Part shown: one piece after another, positions 1-13,368 of the stretch
Layout of the letters: each line of letters starts with the position of its first letter
Position numbering within the stretch: the first letter of the stretch is position 1
Assembly: GCF_020745735.1 (NCBI RefSeq)
Contig: NC_083446.1
Span: forward strand, 16,346,068 to 16,410,067
Direction: 5' to 3'
Origin: Hemiscyllium ocellatum
Lineage: Eukaryota
Length of the DNA stretch: 64,000 bases
Translations under genes and position numbers: made by a program
The notes under the pieces: generated by a model
Database searches by the model: none
What the model saw: only the letters and a program-made list of their open reading frames with translations
What the model was told of the DNA's origin: nothing

Positions 1-151
1 TAGCTGTTATTGCTAAAAAAAACTCCCCTATTTTTCCACTTGAAATTCACATTATGACTTATACAATTTCTTCACCACACAGACTGAACAAATCCCCACA
101 TAATCTTCTGCCTCCTTTTCCTCAAATCCGTTTGAACTTGGTGTCCCCCGA

Positions 152-420
152 GGTTCATAGACTCCCAACAGATCAGAAAGACGCCGTTCAGCCAACGAGT
201 CTACACTGACCCGAAGAGCATCCTACCAAACCGAACCAATCATAGGGTTTTCACCATGGCTAACCCACCTAACCTTCACATGACAGAGCAATTTTCACCA
301 TCGCCAGTCTTCCAAGGGAGACATAAAAAAACTCCACACTGATCGTTTGATAAGCCAGGATTCGAACGTGAGTCACTGTTTTTGTGACTGAGCAGTGGGA
401 ACCATGGAGCCATCCCACAT
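152..420 (-). mobile_element. Degenerate HE1-like (V-SINE) copy
   Basis: Decayed match to the SINE at 3208-3521 (ctacactgaccc, ccatggctaacccacctaacct, actccacact, ggattcgaac). Confidence 0.5.
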
Positions 421-1257
421 CTGTCCTTCGCTCGTTCTATTTCAGTTTACAGTGAAGTGAGACTAGACAGAATCACTGCATTGATTTTCGGATTTGCACT
501 GACAACAACCATTCCCACCTTCACCAAAATCAATCTCCATTCCTCCATTATCTCGAAATAATCAGACTGATTAGCCCATATCCCATAGTAGAGGAAAGGG
601 AATATCCTCCAATTAAAAACTGAGAAGTTCAAAGCCATTGACTTATATTATCATTACAAAATTATGATCCTGAATTGAACCTTCCTCTTCTGTGGAACTT
701 TGAAACTAAATTACATGGTTCAAAATCTTGACGTCATATTTAACCACAAGGCGACCTTCTGACTTCACATAATATTAATAATAGTTCCAGACAGTTCAGT
801 GCCCATAATGTTTCGAATGGCACCTGACCACAGCTCATCTACTGATGAAAACCTTATCAAAGTCAATGTTATATTTATACATTACCATTGCAATGCTTTC
901 CTGACCAACTTCTCCTTTGGAAGCATTAGGTCATCCAAACATTTGCTGCCGAGCGTTTGCCCACACCAAGCTCTGTTAACCCATTTCCCCTGTACTTGTT
1001 GACAGACATTGGTACCTCCTGGAGAAATTCAGTACGTCTCTCTCTGTGGAGAGAGAAAAAATGATAAAATTTCCAGTCTAATCTGATACTTCCTTGGAAA
1101 TAAGTTTCCAGCTTTTTTTTGTCAAGATCACTCCATCAATTATTTTAGTACAATTCATGCTTAGTCTGGTTCATCTCCAGGTTGATGATCAGTTGAAGAC
1201 TTAATGCTGCTGCCTGAACCCTTGTTTTGTCACCAGCAATAAGGGAAGGTGATACCT

Positions 1258-1425
1258 AGTGATATTATCGCTGGACTATTAACCAGCGACCTGACAGTTT
1301 TCGTGAGGGCCAGTCTTTAAATTCCACAACTGCAAGTCATGGTATTTTAAGTCAATATTAAATCAAAATCTGGAATTAAGAGCCTAATATTGAATGTCTG
1401 AAAAACCAGGACAAAAGAGCCTCTT
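1258..1425 (+). mobile_element. Degenerate tRNA-headed Deu-type SINE (SacSINE1-like) 5' part
   Basis: gtgatattatcgctggactattaacc...aaaatctggaattaagagcctaat resembles the shark Deu-SINE head as I recall it; no database check. Confidence 0.4.
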
Positions 1426-3705
1426 TACTCGCTTGTGAACCAGCTGTTGTGATGACTGAGTGAATCTCTTCCAACACACGAAATAATAAATGGCCACTCC
1501 ACAGTGTGAACTTGTTGGTACTTCAGTATTTTTTTTCTTTTTTAAATGTCTTCAGAAAATTTCAAATGTCATTAATTAATATAAACATGTTGATGTCCAA
1601 TGAGCCGGGACCACTGACTAAAACACTTCCCACGTGTGAAGCAAGTGAATTGTCTCTCCCCAATGTGAATTTGTTTGTACCAGAAGCGGTGGTGAGTCAG
1701 TAGATCCCTTCCCATACGCATTGCAGGTGAATGGCCTCTTGCCAATGTGAACTCTACTTTTAAAACTTTTCTCACCGACAGTACAGTTAAAAGATTTCTT
1801 GGCAGTGTGAACGAGCTTATGTTGGAGAATATTCATTAACACCAGTTAATGAAAATCTGATTATTTTGCCTTCTAATCAGAAGGTTAACCTCGAAGATTG
1901 AAGTGCAATGTGCTGACATCAGCAGGTAAAGACATCAATAAACATGGTTTAACCCTGGATGTGATTAACAGTAAAATCCAATCCCAAGATCAATGCTGTT
2001 CTTATTTGGTGTCTCAGCAGGTGAACAGTCTCGGTGAATACCTTAGACACTCAAAGCAGATGAACAGACTTTTTTTCGGGCTAGCACGAGCTGGTGTACA
2101 ATGATTTGAGGTGATTGCCTGAACCCAGTCTCAGAGTGGCAGCGCATGAGTCTCTCAGCAATGTGCATATTTGGATAGGACACCAGTGCCTCACTGGTGT
2201 TCTTGCACTTTCCACAGCACGGTATTTAAAAATGTCTTCTTTCTCTCCAGTGTTAATTTGCTGGTGTCTCAATAGGGTGGATGACTGAGTAAATCTCTCC
2301 CCAAACTTGGAGAACGTGAACGACGTTTCCCTAGTTTGAACACGCTGGTGTGTCAGCAGGTTGATAAACTGCATGAATTTCTTCCCACACTTTGTGCAGA
2401 AGAATGTCCTCACGTCATTGTGGGTTCACTCGTGGACTGTGAGTTCAACTGACAACCTGATTTTACTTTCACTTTGGAAGCATTCGAGAGGTACCTCATC
2501 AGTGTGGATGCGTTAACTGGAAATTAGTTTTCAGGAACTTTCAAAGTACTTCCCATAATCTGAACACTTAAATAGTTTCTCATTAATCTAACATGTTGAC
2601 GGGACATCAGAACGCTTTACTTTTATAACATTTCCCACGGTTTCAACATTTGAGCGGTCTCTCGTCCGTGTGAATATATTGGTGACGGACTAGTTCCCCT
2701 GACCATTTAAAGCTATTACAACAGTCTATATATTTAAAATGCCTTTCGTCAGAGTGACCACATCGACGGATTATCAGTTCACTGGGTCGTTTATAGACGT
2801 TCTCAAAATCTGGAAATTTAAATGGTTTTTCATCAGTGTCAATACATCGCCATGACATCAGATGGTTAGAACTTGTATAACACTTCTCATGTGTCTGGCA
2901 TGCGAGTGGTCTCTCTTCAGAGAGAACACGTAGTTGAAGCATCTTTTCTCTAAAACGTTTATAGACCGGAACACAGTCTTGGTATTTAAATGATCTATCT
3001 CCACAGTAATTGTATTGCTGATTCAGCATTCCCGTGGAAGTTTTATAACACTTCTCTCAGTCTGAACACTTAGAAGCTTATCATCAGTGTGAACACAATG
3101 GTGGGATATCAGGATGGATGACTGCGTGGATACGTTCCCACACTTGAAAGGCGTCTCCTCCTTTGTGACTATGTCATTGAATTTATGCTCTGATAGGTAT
3201 CGGAATCATTAGATTGGATTACTTACAGTGTGGAAACAGGCCCTTCGGCCCAACAAGTCCACACCGACCCGCCGAAGCGCCACCCACCCATACCTCTACA
3301 TTTATCCCTTACTTAACACTACGGGCAATTTAGCATGGCCAATTCACCTGACCCACACATCTTTGTGACTGCGGGAGGAAACCGGAGCACCAGGAGGAAA
3401 CCCACGCAGACACGGGGAGAACGTGCAAACTCCACACAGTCAGTCGCCTGAGGCAGGAATTGAACCCAGGTCCCTGGCGCTGTGAGGCAGCAGCGCTAAC
3501 CACTGTGCCACCGTGCCGCCCACTAATCTTTTTGCACAATCCTGAAATATCCACAGTTTCTTCCCAATATCACTGCGCTTGTGGTTTGTGAGGTCAGGTG
3601 ATCGACTGGAGTCTTGTCCACACACAGAGCGCATGTACAGTTTCTCCTGAAGGTGAATGGTCCGTTTTCCTTCCATACACAAAATCTGATGGTGTTCTGG
3701 TCCAC
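1420..3705 (-). pseudogene. C2H2 zinc-finger gene remnant A (multi-finger, frameshifted, SINE inserted at 3208-3521)
   Basis: Minus-strand ORFs carry decayed fingers and linkers: FCTKCGKKFMQFINLLTHQRVQT, FTQSSTLLRHQQINTGEK, HTDERPLKC, HIGERQFTC, CGQDSSRSPDLTNHKRS. Many Cys/His lost, with stops and frameshifts. Confidence 0.8.
3208..3521 (-). mobile_element. HE1-type V-SINE, near full length
   Basis: Reverse strand starts GGGCGGCACGGTGGCACAGTGGTTAGCGCTGCTGCCTCACAGCGCCAGGGACCTGGGTTCAATTCC (pol III A/B boxes), then the V-domain core and tail TTGGGCCGAAGGGCCTGTTTCCACACTGTAAGTAATC. Confidence 0.9.
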
Positions 3706-4029
3706 AATAAATTCGATGACTCCATCAGATCCGGATATGATACTTAGCTTAAATTTTCCAACTGTTCATCGTCCATTTCATTAGGCTTGTGACACTGAAT
3801 GAGAACAAAAATAAAAACAATTAAAGTAAAATGGAAAGAACACGAAATTACAAAGGCTAGTTCAGAAACTGAGCTAAATGTATCTTTTAATTTATGACCT
3901 GTTTACCAGGAAGCAGTGACTATGAAAGCTGCCAGATTCCTATCAATCTTCAGCAGATGACTATACTCCACCAGGGAATGAAACCTACTATACAGTCTTG
4001 ACCACAAATCTCTGACCTCATGTAGTAGT

Positions 4030-4310
4030 GAATACAGAGCGATAGTCGGAGACAGCTGAGGCCATAGAACAGAGGCGCATCAAGGTGGGTGAGTTAAATT
4101 GGAAGAAAAAGTTGTGACTGAGGAATGAAGCAACGCGGGGTGATGGTGAGACCGAGAAGTGACATTGAAAATGAAGGGTGACAGTGAGATTGAAGAGCGA
4201 CACGGAAACGGGCGACACATAGAGCGAGAGGCAACACTGAGAGCAAGGGACAAAGTAGGAATGGTATCAATGACAGAGAATTGGGGGAAATGAGAGAAAG
4301 GGCCAAGAAA
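4030..4310 (+). repeat. GA-rich low-complexity tract
   Basis: Strong purine bias (gagac/gaga motifs); similar tracts at ~13620-13930 and ~25930-26240. Confidence 0.6.
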
Positions 4311-4509
4311 TTGCCCTCAAATTCTCATCACCAAGACTGTGTATTTCTAGCTCAATGACGCCACCGAATTCTGGCCTGCTGTCAACTCCTCTGAAACTAC
4401 CATCTAGTTCTTTTTTTAATCTGAGACTTAAATTTTCCAACGCATTCTTGGCCAGACTCCCACATTCATTTTACCTCTAATCTAATCTCATTCTGTTCAC
4501 CTTCTCTGT

Positions 4510-5190
4510 GTATGGAAAACTATTTGCTTCTGTATCTGGCTTACTGTATCGCCTGTGGATTCACACCAGGGAAAGACCATTCACCGGCTCTGTGTTTGTA
4601 AAGGGATTAACTAATTAATTAATTCTAATACAACAGCAACTTCACACAAGTGGTAAACCTTTACCTTGTTCAAAGTGTGGGAAGGAATTCAACCATTCAT
4701 ATAACCTTCTGACCGATCAGGAGGATCAAATCAAAAAGAAGCCACACCCCTGCCCTGTATGTTGGAAGCAATTCACTCGGTAGTCCAAGTAATGAATCAC
4801 CAGCGAGTTCACACTGGAGATAGACCATTTCCAGGTCCAATGTGTGGGAAGGGATTTCATCAGTCGACCAATCTGCAGACTCACCAAATAATTTACACTG
4901 GCGAGAGGTAGTTTTCCTGCTCCGACTGTCAAAAGGGATTGTTTTCATTCATCCTAGTTGTGGAAAGACAAACGTCTTCACACTGGTTGAGGCCGTACAT
5001 CTATTCTGAACGAGAATAGGCATTTTATCATTCATCCTAGCTGGTGAAACTCTGGCAAGTTCACAGAGCTGAGTTCATCTATTATGCCTGTGTTCATTTA
5101 GTTATCCCACATGCAGACAAACTGGCAAGTTTACAAGCAACTCGAAAGCCCAGATTCTCAGATTCTGCATTGGTGCTGTAATTGAATCTC
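4510..5190 (+). pseudogene. C2H2 zinc-finger gene remnant B
   Basis: Repeated linker-coding DNA (cacaccagggaaagaccattcacc, cacactggagatagaccattt, tgtgggaagggattt) interrupted by stops and indels. Confidence 0.75.
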
Positions 5191-7157
5191 CAAAGTGAAC
5201 CATATTCACTCTAATGATCCTGATTTGTTGATGTGTTTTTTACATTCTGGATAAATGCTAAATTAAACACCTTTTTGAGGCATTTTTGCAATCTTTGCCT
5301 TTCCCTCCTAAGTGTTTCAAGTCAGCTGGCTAGAGTTAGAAAGGACAATCCGGAAGGAGGATAGCATATCAGAAACAGATCTCCAAACTGGATTCAGTCC
5401 ATCAGTGTCACACAAAGAGGGGCAAATGCGACTTTAGTCTTTCTCATTTCCTTTCACATGCAGCTGAGTTCTTATGATGTCGATTTTCACGTGCATAATA
5501 AATATTTTTGAGTGCTTCTGTTCCTTGATTCAGATAAGGAGGACTAGCTTCCTTGAAAATGTGTTTAGAGTCAGGAAGAACACCATTGAATGGCAGAAAC
5601 TTGCATCAAACTGATTTTTTTTTTGTCACACAAAACAATGAACTGCATATACTGAAGATCTATTCTGACTGAAAGTGTAATGCCAGTGTAAGTTTTCAGT
5701 ATGACAATGGCAATTGATAATTGGACAACATTTGTACCTGCTTGTGCTACAGTCTTGATTTATCAATCAAAATCTCATTTAAAATGCAATATTTAAAATC
5801 TATAGTAAGATTGCTGATGTTGGTGTAAAATTGCATCTCTCAGCTCCTTCAAAAGTTGTTATCATTTAATTCCCACATAAAGAATGGCGCATTGTGTCCA
5901 CGAATTTTCTCATGTATTCATGTTGCATCCCACACACTTTTGCTTAATTATAGCTCACTGCTGCTGGTGAGTTAATATGGACTGCATTAACTGAAAGCCT
6001 GATCAAAACAAATTTAAAAGAACTTTCAAAGGGAAATTGGAAGTATGGTTATAAAGGGCTTTCGAGAATAATTGGGGAAGTGTTGGACTGTTGTTTAAAA
6101 GAGTTTACTAGATTGGCTAGTTCTCCTGTCAAGTTATATGTTTAATCTAATGTAAATGGATGCAATTTCATTCTTGAAGCTGCTATTTGTGTTATTAGCA
6201 TGTGGAAGAAGGACAGCAGCCGTCTTACGCAATGCTATGTTCAAGCTGTAGATTCGAATCTAATTTCAGAATCATTAGACAGTGAATTTGACGTCTGATT
6301 TAAAACCTGGTCAAATTAACTAGGTGTCTAATCGCTCATCAGCTTTATGGCAACTATGTGAAGAAATAAATACATTAATCTCTATTTCTGTTGAATTACA
6401 TTAGGCCATGTAAGAATTTATCCCAAATATACCGCACTGGACAGTGCCACACTTCATACTTGGACGGTTATTACTGCAGTTGGTCCAGTTATAATTTACT
6501 TTAACCTAGGCCCTAGATCAGAAATTCCTGTACGAGAAACTGCCAATTGATAATACTTCAGGCCACATGAGTAACGTCTGGTTCCAGTATGTGTCAGTTT
6601 ATATTAATTCAGAACCTGTTGAAAAGTTTTTCACACATCAAACACATGGCTTTCAAGCGTGCTTCTGAGAGTGAGAGATGGTGGAGAAGGTGGGAGGGGC
6701 GGAACAATGTTCCCAAGGAAATGTCAGCTGTTAAAAAATGTGTAGGACTTTCAGCCACAATAAATCACTTAACAAAACTATTGACAATCGTTTATTTGAT
6801 ATTAATTTAACCCCCAGATGATTCTGATTCTCAGCAACCAATCAAATAAAAGTAATGACATTTATGGACTCATACATCTTATCACAAACAGCCACTCATT
6901 GACTGCGTATCATATTCAAATGTGTGATCAGATCTCAATTGTCGAATGCCATTATCAGGAGTTTACTTTCAATTAGTGGGAATAACAAGACTGAGAAATA
7001 CATTCTGAAGGTTTGTTCCTGCCCAGTTATAATATTAAAATTCATGAATATTAACCTAGACCATATTGTAATTTTTCTGACTGGCAACTGGTGAAGGTAG
7101 AAATCAGAACCAATCTTTAATGGACTATTCTGGAACAGATTTACCTATAGTGAGTGA

Positions 7158-7314
7158 AACGTTGCAGATAGGCTCTGCTGTGATGCGGTGGTAGTGTCCA
7201 TCCCCGGGAACAGGAAGACGTGGGTTCAAGTGCCAGGTGCTTCACAGATGTGTGATAACATCTCTGAGAAGTTAGATTAGAGAAATACAGTTATTTTAAT
7301 TTATTTGAGATATT
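7158..7314 (+). mobile_element. Short tRNA-derived SINE-like repeat, copy 1
   Basis: Clearly homologous to 8800-8958 (tggtagtgtc...tgggttcaagtgcc...gcttcacagatgtgtg...tctctgagaagttaga); A/B-box-like motifs. Confidence 0.65.
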
Positions 7315-8002
7315 GCAGGTAAATAGTTGCTGGCTGTCTATTATTTGTATGCCAGTTACTGCTTTTAATAATTATTTTTCATCAACTTCTCCGGCAGGCT
7401 AAAAATAAATCCGCTGAGGCATATGGGATTTTAACATCCGTCTTTTTTTTTTACCAGAGGCAGGGAAGCTGCTTTCACGCTCCAAAAGCGTTTTAGCTAT
7501 TCTCCAAGAAGGGAACCAGTTTTTGAGCTCAGTTGAGCTCAAGTACAGAAAATGCATACCATATAGAGAGAAGGAGGGAGAAGGCATAATTGGACCAACA
7601 GAGGTGTTGAATTAAAATACTGAGACGAACTGCAGTCTGTGTGTTTATTCTTGATGCTGTCAGTGTGAGGTCAACCTCACATGCTGGAAGTCTGTTCTTG
7701 CTGATAACTTGAAACTAACCACTTGATTCATTCTCAGGCGACACAATTTCTTATCTCTCTGTTGCCAGTTTCAAAACACGCATCTCACGTCTGAGCAGAA
7801 AATAAATGTGGGACCACTATCAAGTGGAAACATCTGGCCAGAGGAACAGTGCAGAGTCCCACAGATCACATTGCATTGACACTTAAAAATGCACCTCTTA
7901 TTACTGCTTAAATCACAATTTCAGGACAAACTGGCAGGCTCTGTGGAGTTCAAAATATTAGGCCTTATGTTATGAGTTACTTATAATGTTATCCCTCATC
8001 GC

Positions 8003-8287
8003 ATTTAGATAAGATTCCCGACAGTATGGAAACATTCCCTTCCACCCAACAAGTCCGCACCGGCCCTCTGAAGAGTAATCCACCCAGACACTTTCCCCAT
8101 ATTACCCCTGATTAATACACGTAACACTAAGGGCAATTGAGCATGACCAATTCACCTGACCGGCACATATTTTTGGATTGTGGGAGGAAATCGGAGCGCA
8201 CACGGGAAACCCATGCAGACACAGGTAGAATGTGCAGACTCCACATAGGCGCAGCAGTGCTAACCACTGAGCCACCATGTTGCCCTG
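8003..8287 (-). mobile_element. HE1-type V-SINE with internal deletion (B-box region missing)
   Basis: Collinear with 3208-3521, but jumps from actccacatagg directly to cgcagcagtgctaaccactgagcc. Confidence 0.8.
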
Positions 8288-8719
8288 TTATGATTCATTA
8301 ACCAATAATTGGGCACCTCTGACCTAATTTAGTCCTCGTCTTCCTCTGGCCTGGCAACTGTACATTCGGGATGTTCATCAGCTGTATTCCCACTTCTTCA
8401 ACCATTTTAGTTGGAATATTACTTATATCCTGACTATTGTGAAATGTGTATCAGAACATCAAGTTGAAGATTGCAGCATTATGTATTCCCTCTCCACTGA
8501 AAGAATAATGAACTTTCTTATCCTACATGCCAACGTGAAAAACCTCTCATTTCACATATTTCAATGATCAGGGATACTTTGCCCACACATTTAATCTCAT
8601 CTATAGCCATTCTCTGTACATAAGCACAGCCGCAGTGGGCACTGTTCGTATGCCTGCTTTGCACATGGGAAGATGTTCAATAACTGATTCAACCTGTTGA
8701 GATACCAGCGAGTTCATAA

Positions 8720-9240
8720 TGCGATGTTAAATTTTAAATGTTGTGAGCTTTAAAAGCGGAAAGAGCCTGCTGAAACACTAACACACTCACACTGGAGAGA
8801 ACGTTGCAAATAGGCTCTCTTGTAATGTGGTGGTAGTGTCGTTCCCCGGGAGCAGAGAGACCTGGGTTCAAGTGCCGTGTGCTTCACAGATGTGTGGTAA
8901 TATCTCTGAGAAGTTAGACTAGAGAAATGCGTGTTTTTTTTAATTTATTTGAAATATTCCACCTGCTCTGTGAGTAAGACAGGTTTCAGTCGGTCATCTG
9001 CACTGGTGACACACCACAAATTCACACTGGGGAAAGATCATTCACCTGTTCCATGGGTGAAAACGACTTCATTTTTGCATCACTTCTGAAACGCCAATGC
9101 ACTCGCATCAAGGAGAGGCTGTTCACTTGCTCTGTCCATGGGAAGGTGTTTACTCAGTCATCCAACCTGCTGCAACGTCAGCGAATTCACAACAAACCAT
9201 CGTCTGTTCAAACTAATGGTATTGCTGTGTTTCATCACAG
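8720..9240 (+). pseudogene. C2H2 zinc-finger gene remnant C (short SINE inserted at 8800-8958)
   Basis: cacactcacactggagag, cacactggggaaagatcattcacctgt; ORF 9053-9250 contains ERLFTCSVHGKVFTQSSNLLQRQRIH. Confidence 0.75.
8800..8958 (+). mobile_element. Short tRNA-derived SINE-like repeat, copy 2
   Basis: Homologous to 7158-7314; interrupts a zinc-finger HTGE linker. Confidence 0.65.
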
Positions 9241-9659
9241 CCAGGACTGAACTAGCAAATTAAACCTGATTGGTGCAAAAAAATGTGTTCCGGCCACTTT
9301 CTGCCATAGTTTAGAGCTCGTGGACATGAGACTGAAGATCTTTTGCTAGATCTTCTGACTTGGAGTCGGAAATAACAATGGTGAAGGTTGGAACTCTGTT
9401 GGAAAATTGGAGATTAGTATAAAAGTATGCCTTTTCCTGACAAACGGAACCACTAGCCTCTGCTACTTTGGTAAAGACCAGACAGGAACACTGCCTTCCA
9501 TTGCTACTATGTGATTTTTCGGCCATCTCTTTTATAAGTTATTACATTTTCCTAGTTATTATAACATTTCGTTCATGTGATATTTGTGTTTGAACTTTTT
9601 ATGTTCCCTGTCCTTGTGAATTAAGAGAGCTACAGAAATGTTTCATGTCTGAGGGATTG

Positions 9660-10270
9660 CAGTTTGGACTATTTGTATTGGGCAGAGCATTGCATTTTAG
9701 ATTTCGGAGGTCATGTTGCGGCTGTGTAGAACATTGCTTAGACCACTTTTGGAATGTTGCGTGCATTTCTGGTCTTATTCCTATCGGAAAGATATTGTGA
9801 AACTTAAAAAGGTTCAGAAAATATTTACATGGATGTTGCCAGGTTTGGGGGTTTGAGCTACAGGGAGAGGCTAAATAAGCTGGGGCTGTTTTCCTGGAGT
9901 GTTGGGGGCTAAGGGATTGCCTTATAAAATCACGAAGGGCATGGATAGGATAAATAAGCCAGGTCTTTTCCCTGGGTTGGGAAAGTTCAGAAATAGAATG
10001 CATAGGTTTAGGGTGTATATAAAAGGGACTTAAGGAGCAATCGTGCCTCACAGATGGTGGTGCATGTATGGAATGAACTACCATAGGAATTGGTGGAGGT
10101 TGGCACATTTACAGTATTTAAAATGATGCGCACTTGAATAGGAAGGGTTTAGAGGGATTTGGGCCAGTTGCTGGACAATGGGACTAGATTATATTAGGAT
10201 ATCTGTTCGGCATGGACGAGTTGGGCGAAAGAGTTTGTTTCTGAGTTGTGCATCTCTATGAACCTATGAT
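9660..10270 (+). mobile_element. CR1-clade LINE 3' fragment
   Basis: Typical CR1 ORF2 C-terminal DNA (ggttcagaaaatatttacatggatgttgccagg, gagctacagggagaggctaaataagctggggctgttttcc) plus 3' tail. Confidence 0.8.
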
Positions 10271-11419
10271 TGTATTTTCAACATCATTCGCTCTTTGTCT
10301 GCTGGCTTAATAGCTAAACCATAACAATTATGTGTTAGTCTGTTTTAATAGTGCAGAATGAAAATGTCAACCAACCAACATGCATTTGTTGAGTTAACAA
10401 TCTTCACTGGAAAAAAGCACATATTTTCTGCTTGCATGTTTACATCTTTCTGCTATTTTATCTCTGTACCATTTTGACATAAGTCCATTCAAAAAATTGA
10501 AGAAAAAATCTGCATTTAAAAAAAGGAACTGAATCACACTGACATGTGGTAGAAAATGCAAACTTATCCACTTAAAATGACAGAATCCTCAGCAATACAA
10601 TCATCCCCAACTCGATTATGAGCACACGGCTCACAGCAAACTAAAAATAAAATAGAATTTTTGAATGAAGCACGATCCAACACTTCATGTACTTTATTAA
10701 ATAGTGAATACTTAATATTTTCGCACTGCAGTGAATACTTAGTTTTTGAGCAGAAGTAAGTGCAATTGAGAATTAACAAACTGGAAAGTTACCATTTACA
10801 ATTCTACAGCACGTATAAATTCCTCTGCATCTGTTAGTGGACCAGTGCACTGAATAGGTTAAGACTCCCTATGCACCAAACTGGATTTATTGGACTGAAT
10901 GATTTCATCTGGCTACATGATTTCATAAAATTAAATATCTAGCATATAGATAGAGAACACGAGTGGAATCAATGACTGTAGGATTTGAATATCAAAAGAG
11001 TCAGCCCTTCAGTAGTACTCAGAATGGGAAGAAGTGAGATTTTTTATCTCCAGACTTTGGAAGTTTAAAAACAGGCTAATTTAAGAAATAGTGAGAAAAA
11101 CATGATAATTCATTTATTTTCCAACGAATTTACGTGTTTGACATTGCATTGAGAAACTAACCACCGAATGGCTGACATCTGTTTTGTTGAGTTAGAACAA
11201 GCACAGTATGTGTACATGTCTTCTTTTTCTGTCTGCAAATGACAGGATCTTAAATCTAACACACATGGCTCCCAGTGCACGGAACTGAATAATACAGTCA
11301 GTTGGACTGAGAACTCTAAATTGGGTGTGAGTGTAATTCGTAGCAATTGGCAATTCAAATAGTAACTATCGAATACTTGAACATGTTCGACAATTGGAGA
11401 ATTAGACTTAATTTTGGCT

Positions 11420-11760
11420 TCAGTGTTTTGAATTTTGCGAGCATGAATTGGTTAAGTATGGTCAGCACCTCGTCGCTCCAATCAAAGTGAAATATTGCTT
11501 GATATAATCAGTCAGTCTTCAGGTTTATGGCCTACATGACTGGCATCGCACTGATATGAAACTAATATACCACATTGCACAATTGATTGACAGGCAAGCA
11601 CTTCTTTTATTGGACGTCAACGTTCTGTTCGTATTGAACACCACCATTCTGTTACTCCTAGTTGCAGCAGCAGGTTGAATCAGCTGTTTTCCATTGACGC
11701 TTAAACGCTGAAGAGACTTTGCCATTCCAGCGTATAGTGAGATTCATAGGTTGAAATGTG
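11420..11760 (-). mobile_element. Old Penelope-like element relic (GIY-YIG region)
   Basis: Minus strand reads, across frameshifts, LPVNQLCNVVY*F..CDASHVG, similar to the relic at 18130-18540. Confidence 0.45.
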
Positions 11761-12074
11761 ATAACGTTTGGCTTTACTTAAACTGCACAATATGCAGCAA
11801 GAGACGAGATGGTATTGTCAAGGGATTCATATTGGATTGCAAGAGAAGTGTATCGTCAATGGAATGGCACCTAGCCTATCTGTATTTTGCCTTGTAATTG
11901 TTTGGCATGTGGAATGCCAGAGGAAATGATAGATGTAGGCTCCATTGCAACATACATAAGAAAGGATAAGTTAAAAGAAAAACAGATAGGTTAGGTTAAT
12001 TCCATTAATGATATGTTTCTCCTGGGGAAAAAATAATAAATTTGCAGGGATCCCATGACAATACTATCTGGTCT

Positions 12075-12220
12075 CTTGGAAATAAAGCTGCTTTGCTTAA
12101 CTGGGTTGGCCAACACATGACTCCAGGTGCACAGTAATGTGGTTAACGAGGCAATTAAGGATGGGCAATAAATATTGACTTAACTAGCGAAACCCTCGTT
12201 CCATGAACAAATAAAAAACC
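12075..12220 (+). mobile_element. Deu-type SINE 3' part
   Basis: acatgactccaggtgcacagtaatgtggtt...gcaattaaggatgggcaataaat matches the minus-strand piece near 25280-25380 and the tail at 59545-59790. Confidence 0.45.
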
Positions 12221-12539
12221 GCACTAAGGAATTACTGGCTGACAAATGTAGATAACATGAGGTCATTTAGAGACACACCAGCCAGCAAAACACACCCTCT
12301 TTGCACGAGCACTGTCAAACTATTCCTGAATTTTAGACTGCTCAATGAGATCATCCCTCATTATTCTAAATTCAAGAGACAACAGATTCATCCTTGTTCA
12401 TCTCCATGTGAATCACCTCGTCTCATGGACCAATTCAGTGTTAGCAGAGAGATAACTCACAAAGAAAAAAAACCTCACGGCAAAGATAGTTACCATTAAA
12501 CCAGGTGAACTGCTTTTACTTTGAAGAGCAGTTGTGATT

Positions 12540-13368
12540 CATTGATCAGGAACAACATTGTGCAAGCGAACACAGCAGGAATTACCCAATGTACACAGAT
12601 ATCCAATGAACACAGTCCACCGATTTCTCAGCAACAAATGCAAACAAGCAGACAAAACACGCTCAGAAACCTTAGCCACTCTCCCCTACATCAAAGACAT
12701 GTCGGAAATGAGTATCAGGCTACTCAGACCCCTTGGTGTCATGGTGGCTCACAAACCCACCAACACACTAAAGCAGCAGCTAATGGACTTGAAAGACCCT
12801 ATACAGACAACAAAACTAATGTCATCTACAAAATACAGTGCAAGGACTGTAACAAACACTACATTGGACAAACAGGCAAAAAAAAAATTGCCACGAGGAT
12901 ACATGAATACCAACTATCCACAAAAAGAAAAGACCCTTTTTTACTAGTATCCTTACATGTGGATGAGGAAGAACACCACTTTGACTGGGACAACACATCC
13001 ATCCTAGGACAAGCCAAACAGAGATGCACACGAGAATTCCTAGAAGTATGGCATTCCAACCACAACTCTATCAACAAACACATCGAGTTAGACCCCATCT
13101 ACCAACCCCTTGAGAAAAGGAACAAGAAGTGACTTCATCACAGGAAACGACATCCCCTGAGGAAATGACATCACCAACCCAAAGAAACCCAAACATATAA
13201 ATAGAAAGCAGAAATTATCAGCAGTGCTTCGCCTGAGGACCACTGAAGCTGTTACCTAGTAGGGTGACAAACCGTCTGGAAATGAACCTTCCAGCTCAGC
13301 GAGCAAACCTATATCCAAAACCTCAACCTGAGCTACACATCTTCTCAAAACTCGCTAAAATCCATTGG
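12540..13368 (+). mobile_element. Penelope-like element (PLE), 5'-truncated, GIY-YIG endonuclease plus 3' terminus
   Basis: Two overlapping frames give ATLPYIKDMSEMSIRLLRPLGVMVAHKPTNTLKQQL and NVIYKIQCKDCNKHYIGQTG...IATRIHEY...REFLEVWHSNHNSINKH (GIY-YIG), with a frameshift. Confidence 0.9.
13240..13279 (+). ncRNA. Degenerate minimal type-I hammerhead ribozyme motif at the PLE 3' end
   Basis: cca CTGAAGC t gttacc-tagtag-ggtgac AAAC CGTC tgg: stem I cca/tgg and stem II gttacc/ggtgac intact; core deviates from CUGANGA...GAAA. Confidence 0.6.

Noticed and set aside
3208-3521. SINE heads as tRNA genes
   Set aside because: They have A/B boxes only, with no cloverleaf, and continue into the V-SINE core and LINE-like tail.
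9599-10108. 169-aa ORF as a gene (likewise 28217-28708, 30381-30836, 25839-26294 and most 60-130-aa ORFs)
   Set aside because: These are antisense or off-frame readings of CR1, SINE or low-complexity DNA with no domain signature.
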